A stretch of 64,000 nt of DNA from an uncultured delta proteobacterium (GCA_963710575.1 CAVQAL010000006.1:245349-309348), one strand, 5' to 3'; positions 8,694 through 19,320 are shown, numbered from the stretch's first letter. Notes: generated from the letters alone by a model not told the origin. A program made the numbers and translations.

Positions 8694-10478
8694 TCATTTA
8701 AGTGACTTCGTCACTTCGGCTGAAACTTTATCTATGGACACGGCAATATTCTTGCCCAGTTCTGCTGATAACAATTGCAATGCTTCCCAGTCCGGCTTAG
8801 CCTCTCCGACAGGTTCCACTGCTTTATTGATCTTCTGTATCCTTCCCTCGATATTGGTCAGGCTGCTGTTTTGCTCCGACCAGATTGCCGTCGGCAGCAC
8901 GAGATCCGCCCTTTCTGTAAGAAGCGACAAGTGACTTGCCTGCGCCACGATAAACGCATTTTTGGAAACGCCCTTGAATAAATCATCGCCCTTGTAATTT
9001 TGCTCACCCATTAAGACATATAAAAGTTTAAGTCCGGCCGGATCATAACCGTTATTTAATCCCAACGCCCCTGCCGCTTTCGTGTTGACGCCTGATTCAA
9101 CTACAATGTAGTTTGCTTTATCTTTCAGTTTCTTGAGCTGGGCTATGGCAGTTTTGTTAATACCGGCGCCATAGAGAATAAAAGGATTATTGGCTCTCTG
9201 GGCAACTTCAATGGCTTTGCCTATATCAGCCATAGCAATGTTCATGAAGGCAAACGGAGCCAACCCGTTTTTCTTATCATCAACCACAATCAGTTTTGCG
9301 CCTTTGTCTATGGCCCGTTTGATGATGAAGGAAGCAACCGGCTGGTCGTTTAAAGGATCGCACCCGACAACAAAAATAACATCACTTTTGGCAATATCTT
9401 CCAGTTTGCTTTGACCTTTGTCGAAAATTCTGGGAGCCAAAGTATTGGTCAGACCGATATTGGAGACCTTCAAGTTCTCATTGAATAATTTTTTAATTAA
9501 ATACAGGGCTTCGTTAGAAGAATAACTGCCCGCAAGCACGCCTATTTCCGAAGCCTTGACTGTTTTAATTTGTTTAGCCAGAGTCTGGAGTGCTTCTTCC
9601 CAGCTTATTTCTTCGAACTTTCCTTTAGTGCGTAAAAGCGGCGTGGTAAGTCTCCGGCGGCTATCATATAAGGGTTCATAACGGCCCATTTTGCAGAGCA
9701 ATCCTTTATTGACCGAAGCATCCCAATCACCCAACACACATAAAACATTTCCGCCTCGTGTTACAACTTCCGTACCACAGCCGATGCCGCATTGATTGCA
9801 GGTGCTTTTTACTTTTGTAGTCAGGCTGTCTTTGCCCATAAAAGCGCTTCTCTTATTAAATAGAGCTCCCGTTGGACAAACCTGAGTACAGGTGCCGCAG
9901 GAAATACAGGAAGATTCACCAAGAGGAATGTTGGCATCCGCGCGAACCATACTTTCGCTTCCCCGCTGCCCTAAGCCCAGGGTGTGATTGGCCACAAGCT
10001 CACCGCAGGCGCGAATGCATCTTCCGCAAAGAACACACCGGTTGTGCTCCATCAGATAGTATTTATGGGTGGCGTCCAGCGGAAATGATTTTGTATAAGT
10101 GGAGAATACCCAGTGGTCTACATGATAACGGTAGCCGAGATTCTGCAAATCGCAACTGCCGCTCATCTCACAATATGGACAAAAATGATTTCTTTCCGAA
10201 AAGATCATATCAAGAACAAGCTTACGGGCATCCGTCACCATTTTGGAATCCGTCTCTATTTCCATTCCTTCGGCTACAGGAAATGTACATGATGTCTGCA
10301 AAGCACGCTGCCCTTTTATTTCTACTATACACATTCGGCAAGCCCCAACCGCAGACAGCGCAGGATGGTCACAAAGCGTGGGGATATCAATGCCCGCTTC
10401 CCTTGCGGCCTGCAGAACAGTAATTCCCGCCTTTGTGCTGATTTTCTGGCCATTAATAGTAATATTTGCCATAGTCAT
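8694..10478 (-). CDS. Fe-S electron-transfer subunit, HoxU/NuoG-like with a C-terminal molybdopterin-oxidoreductase-like domain (~594 aa)
   Basis: N-terminal 2Fe-2S ferredoxin fold (ITINGQKI...CDHPALSAVGACRMCIV). HFCPYCEMSGSCDLQ (NuoG-type 4Fe-4S). CVLCGRCIRAC and CISCGTCTQVCP clusters. CNQCGIGCG (MopB-type 4Fe-4S) followed by a ~350-aa MopB-like region. Start set to ATG 10478 (MTMANITING), downstream of AAGGAGG. Confidence 0.8.
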   Translation of the reverse strand: MTMANITINGQKISTKAGITVLQAAREAGIDIPTLCDHPALSAVGACRMCIVEIKGQRALQTSCTFPVAEGMEIETDSKMVTDARKLVLDMIFSERNHFCPYCEMSGSCDLQNLGYRYHVDHWVFSTYTKSFPLDATHKYYLMEHNRCVLCGRCIRACGELVANHTLGLGQRGSESMVRADANIPLGESSCISCGTCTQVCPTGALFNKRSAFMGKDSLTTKVKSTCNQCGIGCGTEVVTRGGNVLCVLGDWDASVNKGLLCKMGRYEPLYDSRRRLTTPLLRTKGKFEEISWEEALQTLAKQIKTVKASEIGVLAGSYSSNEALYLIKKLFNENLKVSNIGLTNTLAPRIFDKGQSKLEDIAKSDVIFVVGCDPLNDQPVASFIIKRAIDKGAKLIVVDDKKNGLAPFAFMNIAMADIGKAIEVAQRANNPFILYGAGINKTAIAQLKKLKDKANYIVVESGVNTKAAGALGLNNGYDPAGLKLLYVLMGEQNYKGDDLFKGVSKNAFIVAQASHLSLLTERADLVLPTAIWSEQNSSLTNIEGRIQKINKAVEPVGEAKPDWEALQLLSAELGKNIAVSIDKVSAEVTKSLK

Positions 10479-10569
10479 CTTTTGCCTCGCCTCCTTATTA
10501 TTAACCATTTTATACTTTTACGTAATCATGACTGATTCAATTGATGTTAATCAGGTACTTCCATTTAAT

Positions 10570-10598
10570 ATTATGTATGGACATGCCTTTCTTGTCAA
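10570..10598 (-). promoter_or_regulatory. Sigma70-like promoter for the hydrogenase operon (TTGACA-N17-CATAAT on the minus strand)
   Basis: The minus strand reads ttattgacaagaaaggcatgtccatacataat. The -35 is at 10598-10593 and the -10 at 10575-10570, ~90 nt upstream of the start at 10478. Confidence 0.4.
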
Positions 10599-10978
10599 TA
10601 AAAAAAACCAAATGCCGGAAGGCTGAAAAACCTGCAAGTTATAAAAAATGAATAATATCGATTGTAAGTTGGCAGAGGCCTGCTGTGCGTCATTTTTCAG
10701 AATAAACTTTCAAAAAGCATTTGGCGACAGCTCCCATACTCAGATGCCCGCCGGAGTTTTTCACCTCCAATCAGGCGCCTTTAAATAAATACGGCTAATA
10801 CAACCTTTGCTTCCGGCAGAATCAACGCCATAGAGATTCATTGACAACAGATACCTAATATTATAGATATTGCAGCTAATCCGTGTAGTTATTTATTGTT
10901 ACGAACTCAGAATGCTAAATTTCAGGCGGAAGACAAAATTTTGCTATTAAATTCTAAAAATGCGTTAAAGATATCATA

Positions 10979-12232
10979 ATGATATTTGATGGTATAAGTA
11001 TCTCTCAAGCTATCGTCCTTTTTGCGATCTACTCTTTTATGGGGTGGGTCATAGAATCCGTGTATCGGTCTATATCTCAACGCCTATTTATAAACGCCGG
11101 TTTTTTGTACGGGCCTTTTCTTCCCATCTATGGGTTCGGGGCTGCTTTTATCATCGGCTTGGAATTTCTGATCCATCACTGGCCGCTGCCAATCAAGCTG
11201 ATCGTTTACGGCATTGTTCTGACCTTAACCGAATATTTCACCGGCCTCACATTCGAAAAAGTATTCAAATTAAAATTGTGGGACTATTCGGATAGCAGGT
11301 TTAATTTTCAGGGAAGAGTTTCTCTGCCTTTTTCACTCTGCTGGACAGCCCTGGCCATGATATTCGTCACCTTCATCCATCCGGCTGTTTTGCGGCATGT
11401 GCAGTCGCAGGATAACTCATTTCTCCGCGTTGTTTCCATTGTTCTCCTTGTTTATGGCGTCACGGACTTTGTTTTTTCCATCGCTTCGATCACCGCATTC
11501 AGAAAAAAGATCGCCTACCTGTATTCCGAATATTTCAATCTGAGCAACGCTGAAATTGAAAATATATTTAATTCCTTTCAACGGCTCCGCACAGCGTTCC
11601 CTAATTTGAGCAGGTATATCGATAACAACATCGACATGGAAATTAAAAACAGGATCAGCACGTTTTTAAAATCTATTCTGAGCAAGATCAGTCAAAACAT
11701 GGAGGGAAGAAAACCATTTGAACATGAATTTTACGACATAACGAAAGATATTTACTCGCATGAAGAATTCTTGAAACTCAAGCTGCATAACCATCATAAT
11801 TCTTCAATTTATGATCACGTGATGGATGTTTCTTATTTCTCATACAGGGTTTGCAAGTTTCTAAAGCTCGATTATCAATCCGCCGCCCGCGGCGCGCTTC
11901 TCCATGATTTTTTCTTGTATGACTGGAGGACTCATGACGTTCCGGACCTTCCAGCGGAGAAATACCACGGCATCGAACATCCCAAAATCGCCCTTGCCAA
12001 TGCCAAAAGACATTTTATTTTGAATGATATCGAAAAAGATATCGTCAAAAAACATATGTGGCCGCTCACGCTGGTTCCGCCGAAATACAAGGAATCGTTC
12101 ATTGTCTCTTTTGCGGATAAATATCTTGCTTCAAAAGAATTTGTCAACAAATTTAAACAGGGCAAGGATCGCCATCGCGCAAAGAAACCGCTCAAAACCA
12201 GTAAGCCGCGAAAGAAACGCAGGGATGGTTAA
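10979..12232 (+). CDS. Fusion protein: multi-pass membrane domain (CmpB/DUF1113-like) plus C-terminal HD-domain phosphohydrolase (417 aa)
   Basis: The first ~180 aa contain four or more hydrophobic helices (LFAIYSFMGWVIESVY..., LYGPFLPIYGFGAAFIIGL...). The C-terminal part has HD signatures HNHHNSSIYDHVMDV...GALLHDFFLYDW...HGIEHP...KHMWP. The start codon is uncertain because no clear RBS is present. Confidence 0.65.
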   Translation: MIFDGISISQAIVLFAIYSFMGWVIESVYRSISQRLFINAGFLYGPFLPIYGFGAAFIIGLEFLIHHWPLPIKLIVYGIVLTLTEYFTGLTFEKVFKLKLWDYSDSRFNFQGRVSLPFSLCWTALAMIFVTFIHPAVLRHVQSQDNSFLRVVSIVLLVYGVTDFVFSIASITAFRKKIAYLYSEYFNLSNAEIENIFNSFQRLRTAFPNLSRYIDNNIDMEIKNRISTFLKSILSKISQNMEGRKPFEHEFYDITKDIYSHEEFLKLKLHNHHNSSIYDHVMDVSYFSYRVCKFLKLDYQSAARGALLHDFFLYDWRTHDVPDLPAEKYHGIEHPKIALANAKRHFILNDIEKDIVKKHMWPLTLVPPKYKESFIVSFADKYLASKEFVNKFKQGKDRHRAKKPLKTSKPRKKRRDG

Positions 12233-12345
12233 CGCTCTAGTGGCGCAACCTCCGACAAGAGCCATACAATAACCCGACCTCCCGCGGGTGCATTCCTCCT
12301 ACAGATTAGGGCAGGGTAATCCAAAATTGCAGCATTAAAATATCA

Positions 12346-12374
12346 TTGACATACAAGATCGGAATCATTATATT
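12346..12374 (+). promoter_or_regulatory. Sigma70-like promoter (TTGACA-N17-TATATT) upstream of the GGDEF sensor gene
   Basis: The -35 TTGACA is at 12346-12351, followed by an exact 17-nt spacer and the -10 TATATT at 12369-12374. It lies ~110 nt upstream of ATG 12485. Confidence 0.5.
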
Positions 12375-12484
12375 TTATCCATGAATAAGTAACATTTTAT
12401 CAGGAAGCAGGACCTGCGCCGCCAAACAGTCAGCCAATACTTCATCCAGGAGGTGGACGAGAAGATCCGAAAGGAAGCTCTCGC

Positions 12485-15400
12485 ATGGGTAATCAACAAA
12501 CAAAACGACTTCTCGGCATAAAAAACCAGCGCATGATGGCCTTTGTGCTGGTTGCGGCCATTCTCTTTTTGGGGGCGCTCTTTACGTGGTGGACTGCGGT
12601 ACGAGCGGATAGCGAAATGCGCGCCGATCTACTTGTGCAGGCGCGGCTGGTGGCAAAGGCGGTGAATATTGCGCGTATTCAGGCGCTCTCGGGAACAACA
12701 GCTGACCTGAAAAGTTCCGATTACCAGCGGCTCAAGGAACAACTAACTGATGTACGCTCTGCCAACCCTCAATGCCGATCTTTCTATTTAATTGGCCACA
12801 AGACCGATGGCAAAATATTCTTCTTCGTGAACAGTGAACCGGAAGGTTCAGAAAACTATTCTCCGCCCGGACAAGTTTATAAGGATGCCCCGGCAAGTTA
12901 TCGCCGCGTGTTCGATGCCAAGACCGAAGCAACTGAAGGCCCTGTAAGCGACCATCAGGGCACCTGGGTCACAGCGCTGATTCCGATCAGTGATACGGCA
13001 ACCGGTTCTTCCGACCTCGTTACCGAGAACGACGCTCAGGCGATGGTGCGCAAAGCCGTGGATTTTTACAGAAAGAACGGACAGAAGAGCCTCCTGAAAG
13101 AACTCAACAATCAGCAAGGGAAATTCCGTAAGGGCGAACTTTATGCTTTTGCCTACAACCTCGAAATGACCATGCAGGCCCATCCGGTAAAGCCGGAGCT
13201 GGTTGGACAGAACCTGCTCGAGAAGAAAGACTGGACCGGAGGCAAGTATTTCCATAAAGAGATCCAGAAAGTCGCCATGTCCAAGGGTAGCGGCTGGGTT
13301 GATTACCACTACGAAAATCCTGTCAATAAAAATATTATGCCGAAAACCACCTATGTCCAGAGGCTGGATGATCTGATCGTCTGCGCCGGGGCATACAAAA
13401 GCACCGGTGAAATTCTTGCCGTGCTGGGCATGGATGTCGACGCCAGAGCATGGAAATGGAACATTGCCGCACGGTCAGTGCTGCCTGTGGGAATTATTCT
13501 TATGCTGCTCATCGGCGTGCTTACCATCTTTGCCGTCACCAGCACTGCTTACCGTGAAGGTACGGGCAGGGAAATTGACGCCTCACAAAAACTGGGACTG
13601 CGGCGTTTGCTGATGGTCATAGCGATACCGTCGTTTGTGACACTGGCCGTGCTGATCGGCGGCGGGTGGTTTTACAGCGAGCAGAAACAATCGATCCGCA
13701 AAGAGATCGAGGGACAACTCACCTCGATTCTCCGTTCGAAGGTAAATCAAATAACGGCTTGGCGGGAAAAACAGATCAGGGACGCCATTCTGCTGTCAAA
13801 AAGCCCCTTTTTTGTCCGGGAAATAACCAGTTTACTGGCAGATCCTAAAGCCGAAGACACCAGGCAGCTTCGCGATTTCTTACGCCTGTCCCAGTCCGAT
13901 TACGATTGCAAAGACATCATATTGGTGGATCCGAAAGGTCAAGTACATCTGCACCTGACTGAAAACCTGGAGAGATTTCATCTGGAAGATAAAGTTGCTC
14001 TGGCCGCCGCATTGCGCGAACGCAAACCGGTATTTATCGACCTGCACATATCCGAAGAAAAAACAAAAGTTGATCTCGGTGTTGTCGTACCGCTCTTTGC
14101 CGGCAACGGACACGTCAAACAGCCTATCGGCGCAGCCATTATGATCATTGACGCCAATAAGTTCCTCTATCCCCTCATCCAATCCTGGCCGGTACTGAGC
14201 AAAACCGCTGAAACATTGCTTGTCCGGCGCGACGGTGACAATGTGCTTTTTCTGAACGAACTTCGCCATCAGCACGGCACGGCGCTGAAGCTCCGTATCC
14301 CTTTGACAAAAACGAATGTGCCTGCCGTAATGGCCGTGCTGGGCCGCAAAAGCGGCATGGAAGAGAGCAAGGATTATCGAGGGGTCAATGTGGTGTCAGT
14401 CTTCCAACCGGTCCCGGATTCCCCCTGGTTCATAGTGGCCAAGATAGACGCTGCGGAAGTCTTCGCCAACTGGCAGTTCCGCGCAGGCACGATCCTGGCG
14501 CTGATAATAAGCCTTATTATAATAGCGGGTTCGTTGGGGTTTATCCTTTGGCAGCGCAGTGAAAAGGCTCTCTACGGTGCATTGCGCGAAAGCGAAGAAC
14601 GTACCCGCACCATTACTGACTCCGCCCATGACGCGATCACGATGATGGACAATGATGGAAATATATCGTATTGGAACCCGGCCGCAAAGCAAATCCTCGG
14701 CTATACTAGCGCAGAAGCCATCGGAAGGAATCTTCATAAGTTAATCGCACCGGAGCGATTTCTTCCGGCTCATCTCGCGGCTTTCCCGGAGTTTCAGCAA
14801 ACGGGCCAGGGAAACGCTATCGGCAAGACACTGGAATTATCCGCGCGCCGGAAAGACGGCCGGGAGATAGACATAGCGCTGTCTTTGTCGGCGGTGAAGA
14901 TCAAAAGCGCGTGGCACGCCGTCGGCATTATACAAGACATTACCGAACGCAAGAATGCTGAGAAGAAGCTGGCTCGGGTTAGCCTGCAAAACGAACTCAT
15001 CCTGAAATCAGCGGCGGAGGGGATTCTGGGGTTGGATTTGCAGGGAAACCACACGTTCGTCAACTCGGCCGCGGCAAGGATGCTCGGCTACGAAGCCGAA
15101 GAGCTTATCGGCCGTCCCAGCCACAGCACTTGGCACCATACCAGACCTGACGGAAGTCCCTACCCTCAAGAAGACTGTGAGATTCTCAAAGCCCACATAG
15201 AGGGGGAAGTGTATAGAGTTTCCACCGAGATTTTCTGGCGGAAAGATGGCACCAGCTTCCCTGTTGAGTATGCGAGCACGCCTATTTATGAACAGGGCCG
15301 GACAACAGGCGTCGTGTTAAATTTCACGGATATCACCGAGCGCAAGCAAAACGAAGAGGCGCTGAGGAAGAGCGAGGAAAGGTTCAAACAACTTGCCGAA

Positions 15401-16255
15401 ATATTTCCCGAGACGATTTTTGAAGCCAACATGCAAGGCGATGTTACCTACGCAAATGAGCATGGCCTTAACCGCTTCGGTTATACTAAAGAAGATATTG
15501 CCAAAGGTTTAAATCTCTTTAACATGATATCAGCCAATGATCGCAGCTTGGTTCTGGAGCGGATACTGAACAGGATACAGGGCACCGGAAAGGGATATCT
15601 CGAATATCAAGCCATGAAGAAAGATGGAAGCACCTTTTATGTAATGGCTCTATCGGCGCCGATTATGGTTGACGGAATACCGGTTGGCATACGAGGGTTC
15701 ATTATTGATATCACCGAACGCAAGAAGGCGGAAGAGCAAATAAAATATTTGGCGACACACGATTTGCTGACTGACCTGCCCAGCTTGAGATTGGCCAAAG
15801 ACCGGCTGTTCATAGCCCTGAATATGGCTCGCCGGTATAAAAAAGCGGTGGCTGTGATGTTTATCGATCTGGACGGTTTCAAAGACGTCAATGACACACT
15901 TGGCCATGAAGCCGGTGATTATGTTCTCCAGCAAGTGGCTAAACGCATGCTTTCATGCGTGCGCGAAACCGACACGGTCGCGCGTATCGGAGGGGATGAA
16001 TTTTTGATTATCGCAACCGAAATTAAAGCCCCCGAAAATGTCGCACAAATTGCCGAAAAGGTAATCCAACAGGTATCCAAACCATTTATTTTCAAGGGAC
16101 GTAAGGCGTTTGTTGGCGCAAGTATTGGAATCGCGCTTTTTCCCGACCACGGTAAAGATATGGATCATCTCATCAAAAAGGCCGACGAAGCCATGTATAA
16201 AATTAAAAACGCCGGCAAAAACGGATTTCTTTTTGTAGATACCGCGATAAAATGA
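12485..16255 (+). CDS. Membrane sensor diguanylate cyclase: two extracytoplasmic sensor regions (Cache-like), four PAS domains, GGDEF (1256 aa)
   Basis: TM helices at about aa 17-37, 330-352, 372-396 and 665-690. The Cache-like stretch is GELYAFAYNLEMTMQAHP...GSGWVDYHYENP. PAS repeats are each followed by DITERK linkers. The C-terminal GGDEF has RIGGDEF and no EAL domain. AAGGAAG RBS. Confidence 0.85.
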   Translation: MGNQQTKRLLGIKNQRMMAFVLVAAILFLGALFTWWTAVRADSEMRADLLVQARLVAKAVNIARIQALSGTTADLKSSDYQRLKEQLTDVRSANPQCRSFYLIGHKTDGKIFFFVNSEPEGSENYSPPGQVYKDAPASYRRVFDAKTEATEGPVSDHQGTWVTALIPISDTATGSSDLVTENDAQAMVRKAVDFYRKNGQKSLLKELNNQQGKFRKGELYAFAYNLEMTMQAHPVKPELVGQNLLEKKDWTGGKYFHKEIQKVAMSKGSGWVDYHYENPVNKNIMPKTTYVQRLDDLIVCAGAYKSTGEILAVLGMDVDARAWKWNIAARSVLPVGIILMLLIGVLTIFAVTSTAYREGTGREIDASQKLGLRRLLMVIAIPSFVTLAVLIGGGWFYSEQKQSIRKEIEGQLTSILRSKVNQITAWREKQIRDAILLSKSPFFVREITSLLADPKAEDTRQLRDFLRLSQSDYDCKDIILVDPKGQVHLHLTENLERFHLEDKVALAAALRERKPVFIDLHISEEKTKVDLGVVVPLFAGNGHVKQPIGAAIMIIDANKFLYPLIQSWPVLSKTAETLLVRRDGDNVLFLNELRHQHGTALKLRIPLTKTNVPAVMAVLGRKSGMEESKDYRGVNVVSVFQPVPDSPWFIVAKIDAAEVFANWQFRAGTILALIISLIIIAGSLGFILWQRSEKALYGALRESEERTRTITDSAHDAITMMDNDGNISYWNPAAKQILGYTSAEAIGRNLHKLIAPERFLPAHLAAFPEFQQTGQGNAIGKTLELSARRKDGREIDIALSLSAVKIKSAWHAVGIIQDITERKNAEKKLARVSLQNELILKSAAEGILGLDLQGNHTFVNSAAARMLGYEAEELIGRPSHSTWHHTRPDGSPYPQEDCEILKAHIEGEVYRVSTEIFWRKDGTSFPVEYASTPIYEQGRTTGVVLNFTDITERKQNEEALRKSEERFKQLAEIFPETIFEANMQGDVTYANEHGLNRFGYTKEDIAKGLNLFNMISANDRSLVLERILNRIQGTGKGYLEYQAMKKDGSTFYVMALSAPIMVDGIPVGIRGFIIDITERKKAEEQIKYLATHDLLTDLPSLRLAKDRLFIALNMARRYKKAVAVMFIDLDGFKDVNDTLGHEAGDYVLQQVAKRMLSCVRETDTVARIGGDEFLIIATEIKAPENVAQIAEKVIQQVSKPFIFKGRKAFVGASIGIALFPDHGKDMDHLIKKADEAMYKIKNAGKNGFLFVDTAIK

Positions 16256-16412
16256 TATCCACTTTTTTGTCAGACGAATTAAATATTACCTGATGTATAA
16301 TAACTATTATTTATTTAACTTCTATTGAAAAAAGGTTTATAGTGTGCAACAGCCATTTACAAACAGGCAGCGGGTTACTATATTTACAACGTAGCCGCTT
16401 AAAAACAAACAG

Positions 16413-16862
16413 GTGAGAGATATGAACTTCATAAAAATCAGGTTCGGCAATAATTTTGAAGATGAATTTCAGAAGGCGGTTGACGAAGTATTTCATCTTG
16501 TTCTCCCGTCATACAGACATCTTGAATGTATCTGGAGGCCCAATGTCGATGTTTATGAATCGCTGGAAGAAATAGTCGTTCTGGCCGACATGGCGGGATT
16601 AAATAAGGAAGAACTGCATATTGAACTCGACCGCAAAAAAATTAAAATCTCCGGGGTGCGCAAAGCTATCCAGCTTTTGAAAGATGCGCGGTACTGCCAG
16701 GCAGAAATACCGCATGGTTATTTTGAAAAAAACGTGCCCCTTCCTGCACCGGTGGATGCTCAGTCAGCAGTTGCTTCTTATGCCGATGGAATCTTGATGA
16801 TAAGGATCAATAAAATGCCGGCAAACAAAACACATCGGATTTTAATTAAAACCGGACGATAG
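16413..16862 (+). CDS. Hsp20/alpha-crystallin small heat-shock protein
   Basis: Alpha-crystallin core WRPNVDVYES...EIVVLADMAGL...GYFEKNVPLP...ASYADGILMIRI. Lies immediately upstream of lon. Confidence 0.85.
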   Translation: MRDMNFIKIRFGNNFEDEFQKAVDEVFHLVLPSYRHLECIWRPNVDVYESLEEIVVLADMAGLNKEELHIELDRKKIKISGVRKAIQLLKDARYCQAEIPHGYFEKNVPLPAPVDAQSAVASYADGILMIRINKMPANKTHRILIKTGR

Positions 16863-16905
16863 GCGGATGCTGTAATTCTTTTCGATTGTAAATTTGGAGG
16901 GTTCA

Positions 16906-19320
16906 ATGACTGAACAAAAAGTGTTTGAAGATAACAATAAATTTTCTATCCCGGAAGTGATTCCTATTCTTCCTCTGCATAATGTGTTGGTGTTTCCCAA
17001 GACGATGATTCCCCTGGAAGTATCAGGCAGCGCAGCACAGCTGATTGACGAAGCGATGATGAAGGACCGGCTGGTCGGTCTCATTATGGCCAGACAAGAA
17101 CCGGATAATCAAAGCGGTATTTACACGTTGGAGGGGTTATATGATGTGGGCACCTGTGCAGCCATTCTGAAAATGGCTAAGACGTCAGAAAATAGAACTC
17201 AGATGCTTTTGCAGGGAATCAGCCGTTTTAGGATAGTGGAGCTAGTTGAAGGCAAGTCTTATCAGCAGGCGCGTATCAAATTAATTGAAGAAAAGGAAAT
17301 CAAGGATATTGAAACAGAGGCGCTCATGTCCAACCTGCTGGTGCTGTTTGACCGTATCCTGAAGCTCTCTCCATTTTTGCCGCCGGAATTCGGTCCGATG
17401 GCAAAAACCATTACCGATGCCGGAATTCTGGCCGACCTGATTGCGTCGATTATCAATGCGCCGGTTGAAGAAAAACAAAAGATACTGGATATTGCCGATG
17501 CCAAGCAGCGCCTGAAAGAATTGACCCGCATGGTTAACCATCAGATGGAAATCCTTGAACTGGGCAATAAAATTCAAACCAAGGTCAAAGATGATATTGA
17601 TAAAAGTCAGCGCGATTATTATCTGCGCCAGCAGTTGAAAGCCATAAAGCAGGAACTTGGCGAAACGGAAGAGAATGTTGTTGAAACCGACGAATACCGC
17701 AAAAAGATTGAGGCGAAAAATCTTCCGGAGGAAGCAAAAAAAGAAGCCGGTAGGGAACTGGAACGCCTTTCCCGCATGCACCCCTCCTCTGCGGAATACA
17801 CGGTTGCATCGACATATCTGGACTGGATCACCGCCCTGCCCTGGAATGAATCAACCACGGATAACCTGGATATCAAAAAGGCCCGCAATGTTCTGGATGA
17901 GGATCACTACGGGTTGGCCAAGGCCAAAAAACGCATCATTGAATATCTGGCCGTGCGCAAACTTAAACCGGATTCCAAAGGGCCGATCTTATGCTTTGTG
18001 GGGCCTCCGGGCACCGGCAAAACATCGCTTGGCCATTCCATCGCTAGAGCGCTTGACCGCAAATTTGTACGCATGTCGCTCGGCGGGGTACGCGACGAAG
18101 CGGAAATACGCGGCCATCGCCGCACCTACATCGGCGCTCTGCCCGGGCGCATTATCCAGGGACTGAGGCGGGCGGAATCGAATAATCCTGTTTTCATGCT
18201 TGATGAAATTGATAAAGTAGGCAGCGATTTTCGCGGCGATCCATCATCGGCCTTGCTGGAAGTTTTAGACCCGCAGCAGAACAATACCTTTGCCGATCAT
18301 TATCTGGATGTGCCGTTTGATCTTTCGCACGTTATGTTTATTACGACGGCGAATATTCTAGACACTATTCCACCGGCGCTGCTGGATCGCCTGGAGGTGA
18401 TTGAGCTGATGGGCTACACCCAGGAAGAAAAAGTCAAAATTGCCGAGCGGTATTTGATCCCCCGGCAATTGAAAGAAAACGGCTTGATCGCCGAACAATT
18501 AAAAATTACATCCAAGGCGCTCAACGAAATAATATCAGGCTACACAAGGGAAGCAGGCGTGCGGAATCTCGAAAGGGAAATTGCCAACGTCTGCCGCGGC
18601 GTTGCCGCAGAGATTGCGGAGGATAAGATCACATCCAAAAATATCAAGATAGGAGATCTTCACAAGTATCTTGGTCCGGTGCGCGTTATAACAGATATAG
18701 ATGCACGCATTGCCAAACCCGGCATTGCCATAGGCCTTGCCTGGACGCCGGTTGGCGGTGATTTGCTCTTCATCGAAGCCACAGCCATGAAGGGGAAAAA
18801 AGGATTAACTCTGACCGGACAACTGGGAGATGTGATGAAAGAGTCCGTGTCCGCGGCACTGAGTTTTATTCGCACCAATGCGAAGGATTTAGGAGTGAAT
18901 CCTGATTTCTTCGATGACCTGGATATTCATATTCACGTGCCGGCCGGGGCTATTCCCAAGGATGGCCCGTCGGCGGGTGTGACAATGCTCACAGCCCTGA
19001 CTTCTCTTTTGACCAACCGCAAGATCAAGAAGAATCTGGCCATGACGGGAGAAATCACTTTGCGCGGAGCCGTGCTGCCGGTAGGCGGGATTAAAGAAAA
19101 GGTGCTGGCTGCTTACCGCGCCGGTATTAAAACGATCATTCTTCCCGCTTGGAATAAGAAGGACCTAGAAGACATTCCGGCCAATGTACAGAAGAGTATC
19201 AAGTTTCATTTTGTGAGCGATATGCTGGAAGTGGTGAAACTGGCTCTGGAAAATGGCGACTGGCAAAAGCCGGCAAAGCCGCAGTTGAAGAAGCGTAAAG
19301 CAGTTACAAAAAAAAGATGA
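16906..19320 (+). CDS. lon: ATP-dependent Lon protease
   Basis: LON N-domain, Walker [10 protein letters not shown], and protease catalytic site [11 protein letters not shown]. Start set at ATG 16906 (MTEQKV), 5 nt after GGAGGG. The track ORF begins at an upstream TTG. Confidence 0.95.
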   Translation: MTEQKVFEDNNKFSIPEVIPILPLHNVLVFPKTMIPLEVSGSAAQLIDEAMMKDRLVGLIMARQEPDNQSGIYTLEGLYDVGTCAAILKMAKTSENRTQMLLQGISRFRIVELVEGKSYQQARIKLIEEKEIKDIETEALMSNLLVLFDRILKLSPFLPPEFGPMAKTITDAGILADLIASIINAPVEEKQKILDIADAKQRLKELTRMVNHQMEILELGNKIQTKVKDDIDKSQRDYYLRQQLKAIKQELGETEENVVETDEYRKKIEAKNLPEEAKKEAGRELERLSRMHPSSAEYTVASTYLDWITALPWNESTTDNLDIKKARNVLDEDHYGLAKAKKRIIEYLAVRKLKPDSKGPILCFVGPPGTGKTSLGHSIARALDRKFVRMSLGGVRDEAEIRGHRRTYIGALPGRIIQGLRRAESNNPVFMLDEIDKVGSDFRGDPSSALLEVLDPQQNNTFADHYLDVPFDLSHVMFITTANILDTIPPALLDRLEVIELMGYTQEEKVKIAERYLIPRQLKENGLIAEQLKITSKALNEIISGYTREAGVRNLEREIANVCRGVAAEIAEDKITSKNIKIGDLHKYLGPVRVITDIDARIAKPGIAIGLAWTPVGGDLLFIEATAMKGKKGLTLTGQLGDVMKESVSAALSFIRTNAKDLGVNPDFFDDLDIHIHVPAGAIPKDGPSAGVTMLTALTSLLTNRKIKKNLAMTGEITLRGAVLPVGGIKEKVLAAYRAGIKTIILPAWNKKDLEDIPANVQKSIKFHFVSDMLEVVKLALENGDWQKPAKPQLKKRKAVTKKR

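Noticed and set aside
10670-10684. Sigma54-like promoter TGGCAG-aggcc-TGCT on the plus strand upstream of 10979.
   Set aside because: The GG and GC elements are separated by 9 nt instead of the required 10, and the site is ~300 nt from the start codon. No enhancer-binding-protein gene is nearby.
16256-16412. Sigma32 heat-shock promoter upstream of hsp20-lon (aTTGAAA at ~16324).
   Set aside because: No CCCCATNT-like -10 element lies at the proper 13-15-nt spacing, and the nearby TATAGT is only 7 nt from the -35-like hexamer.
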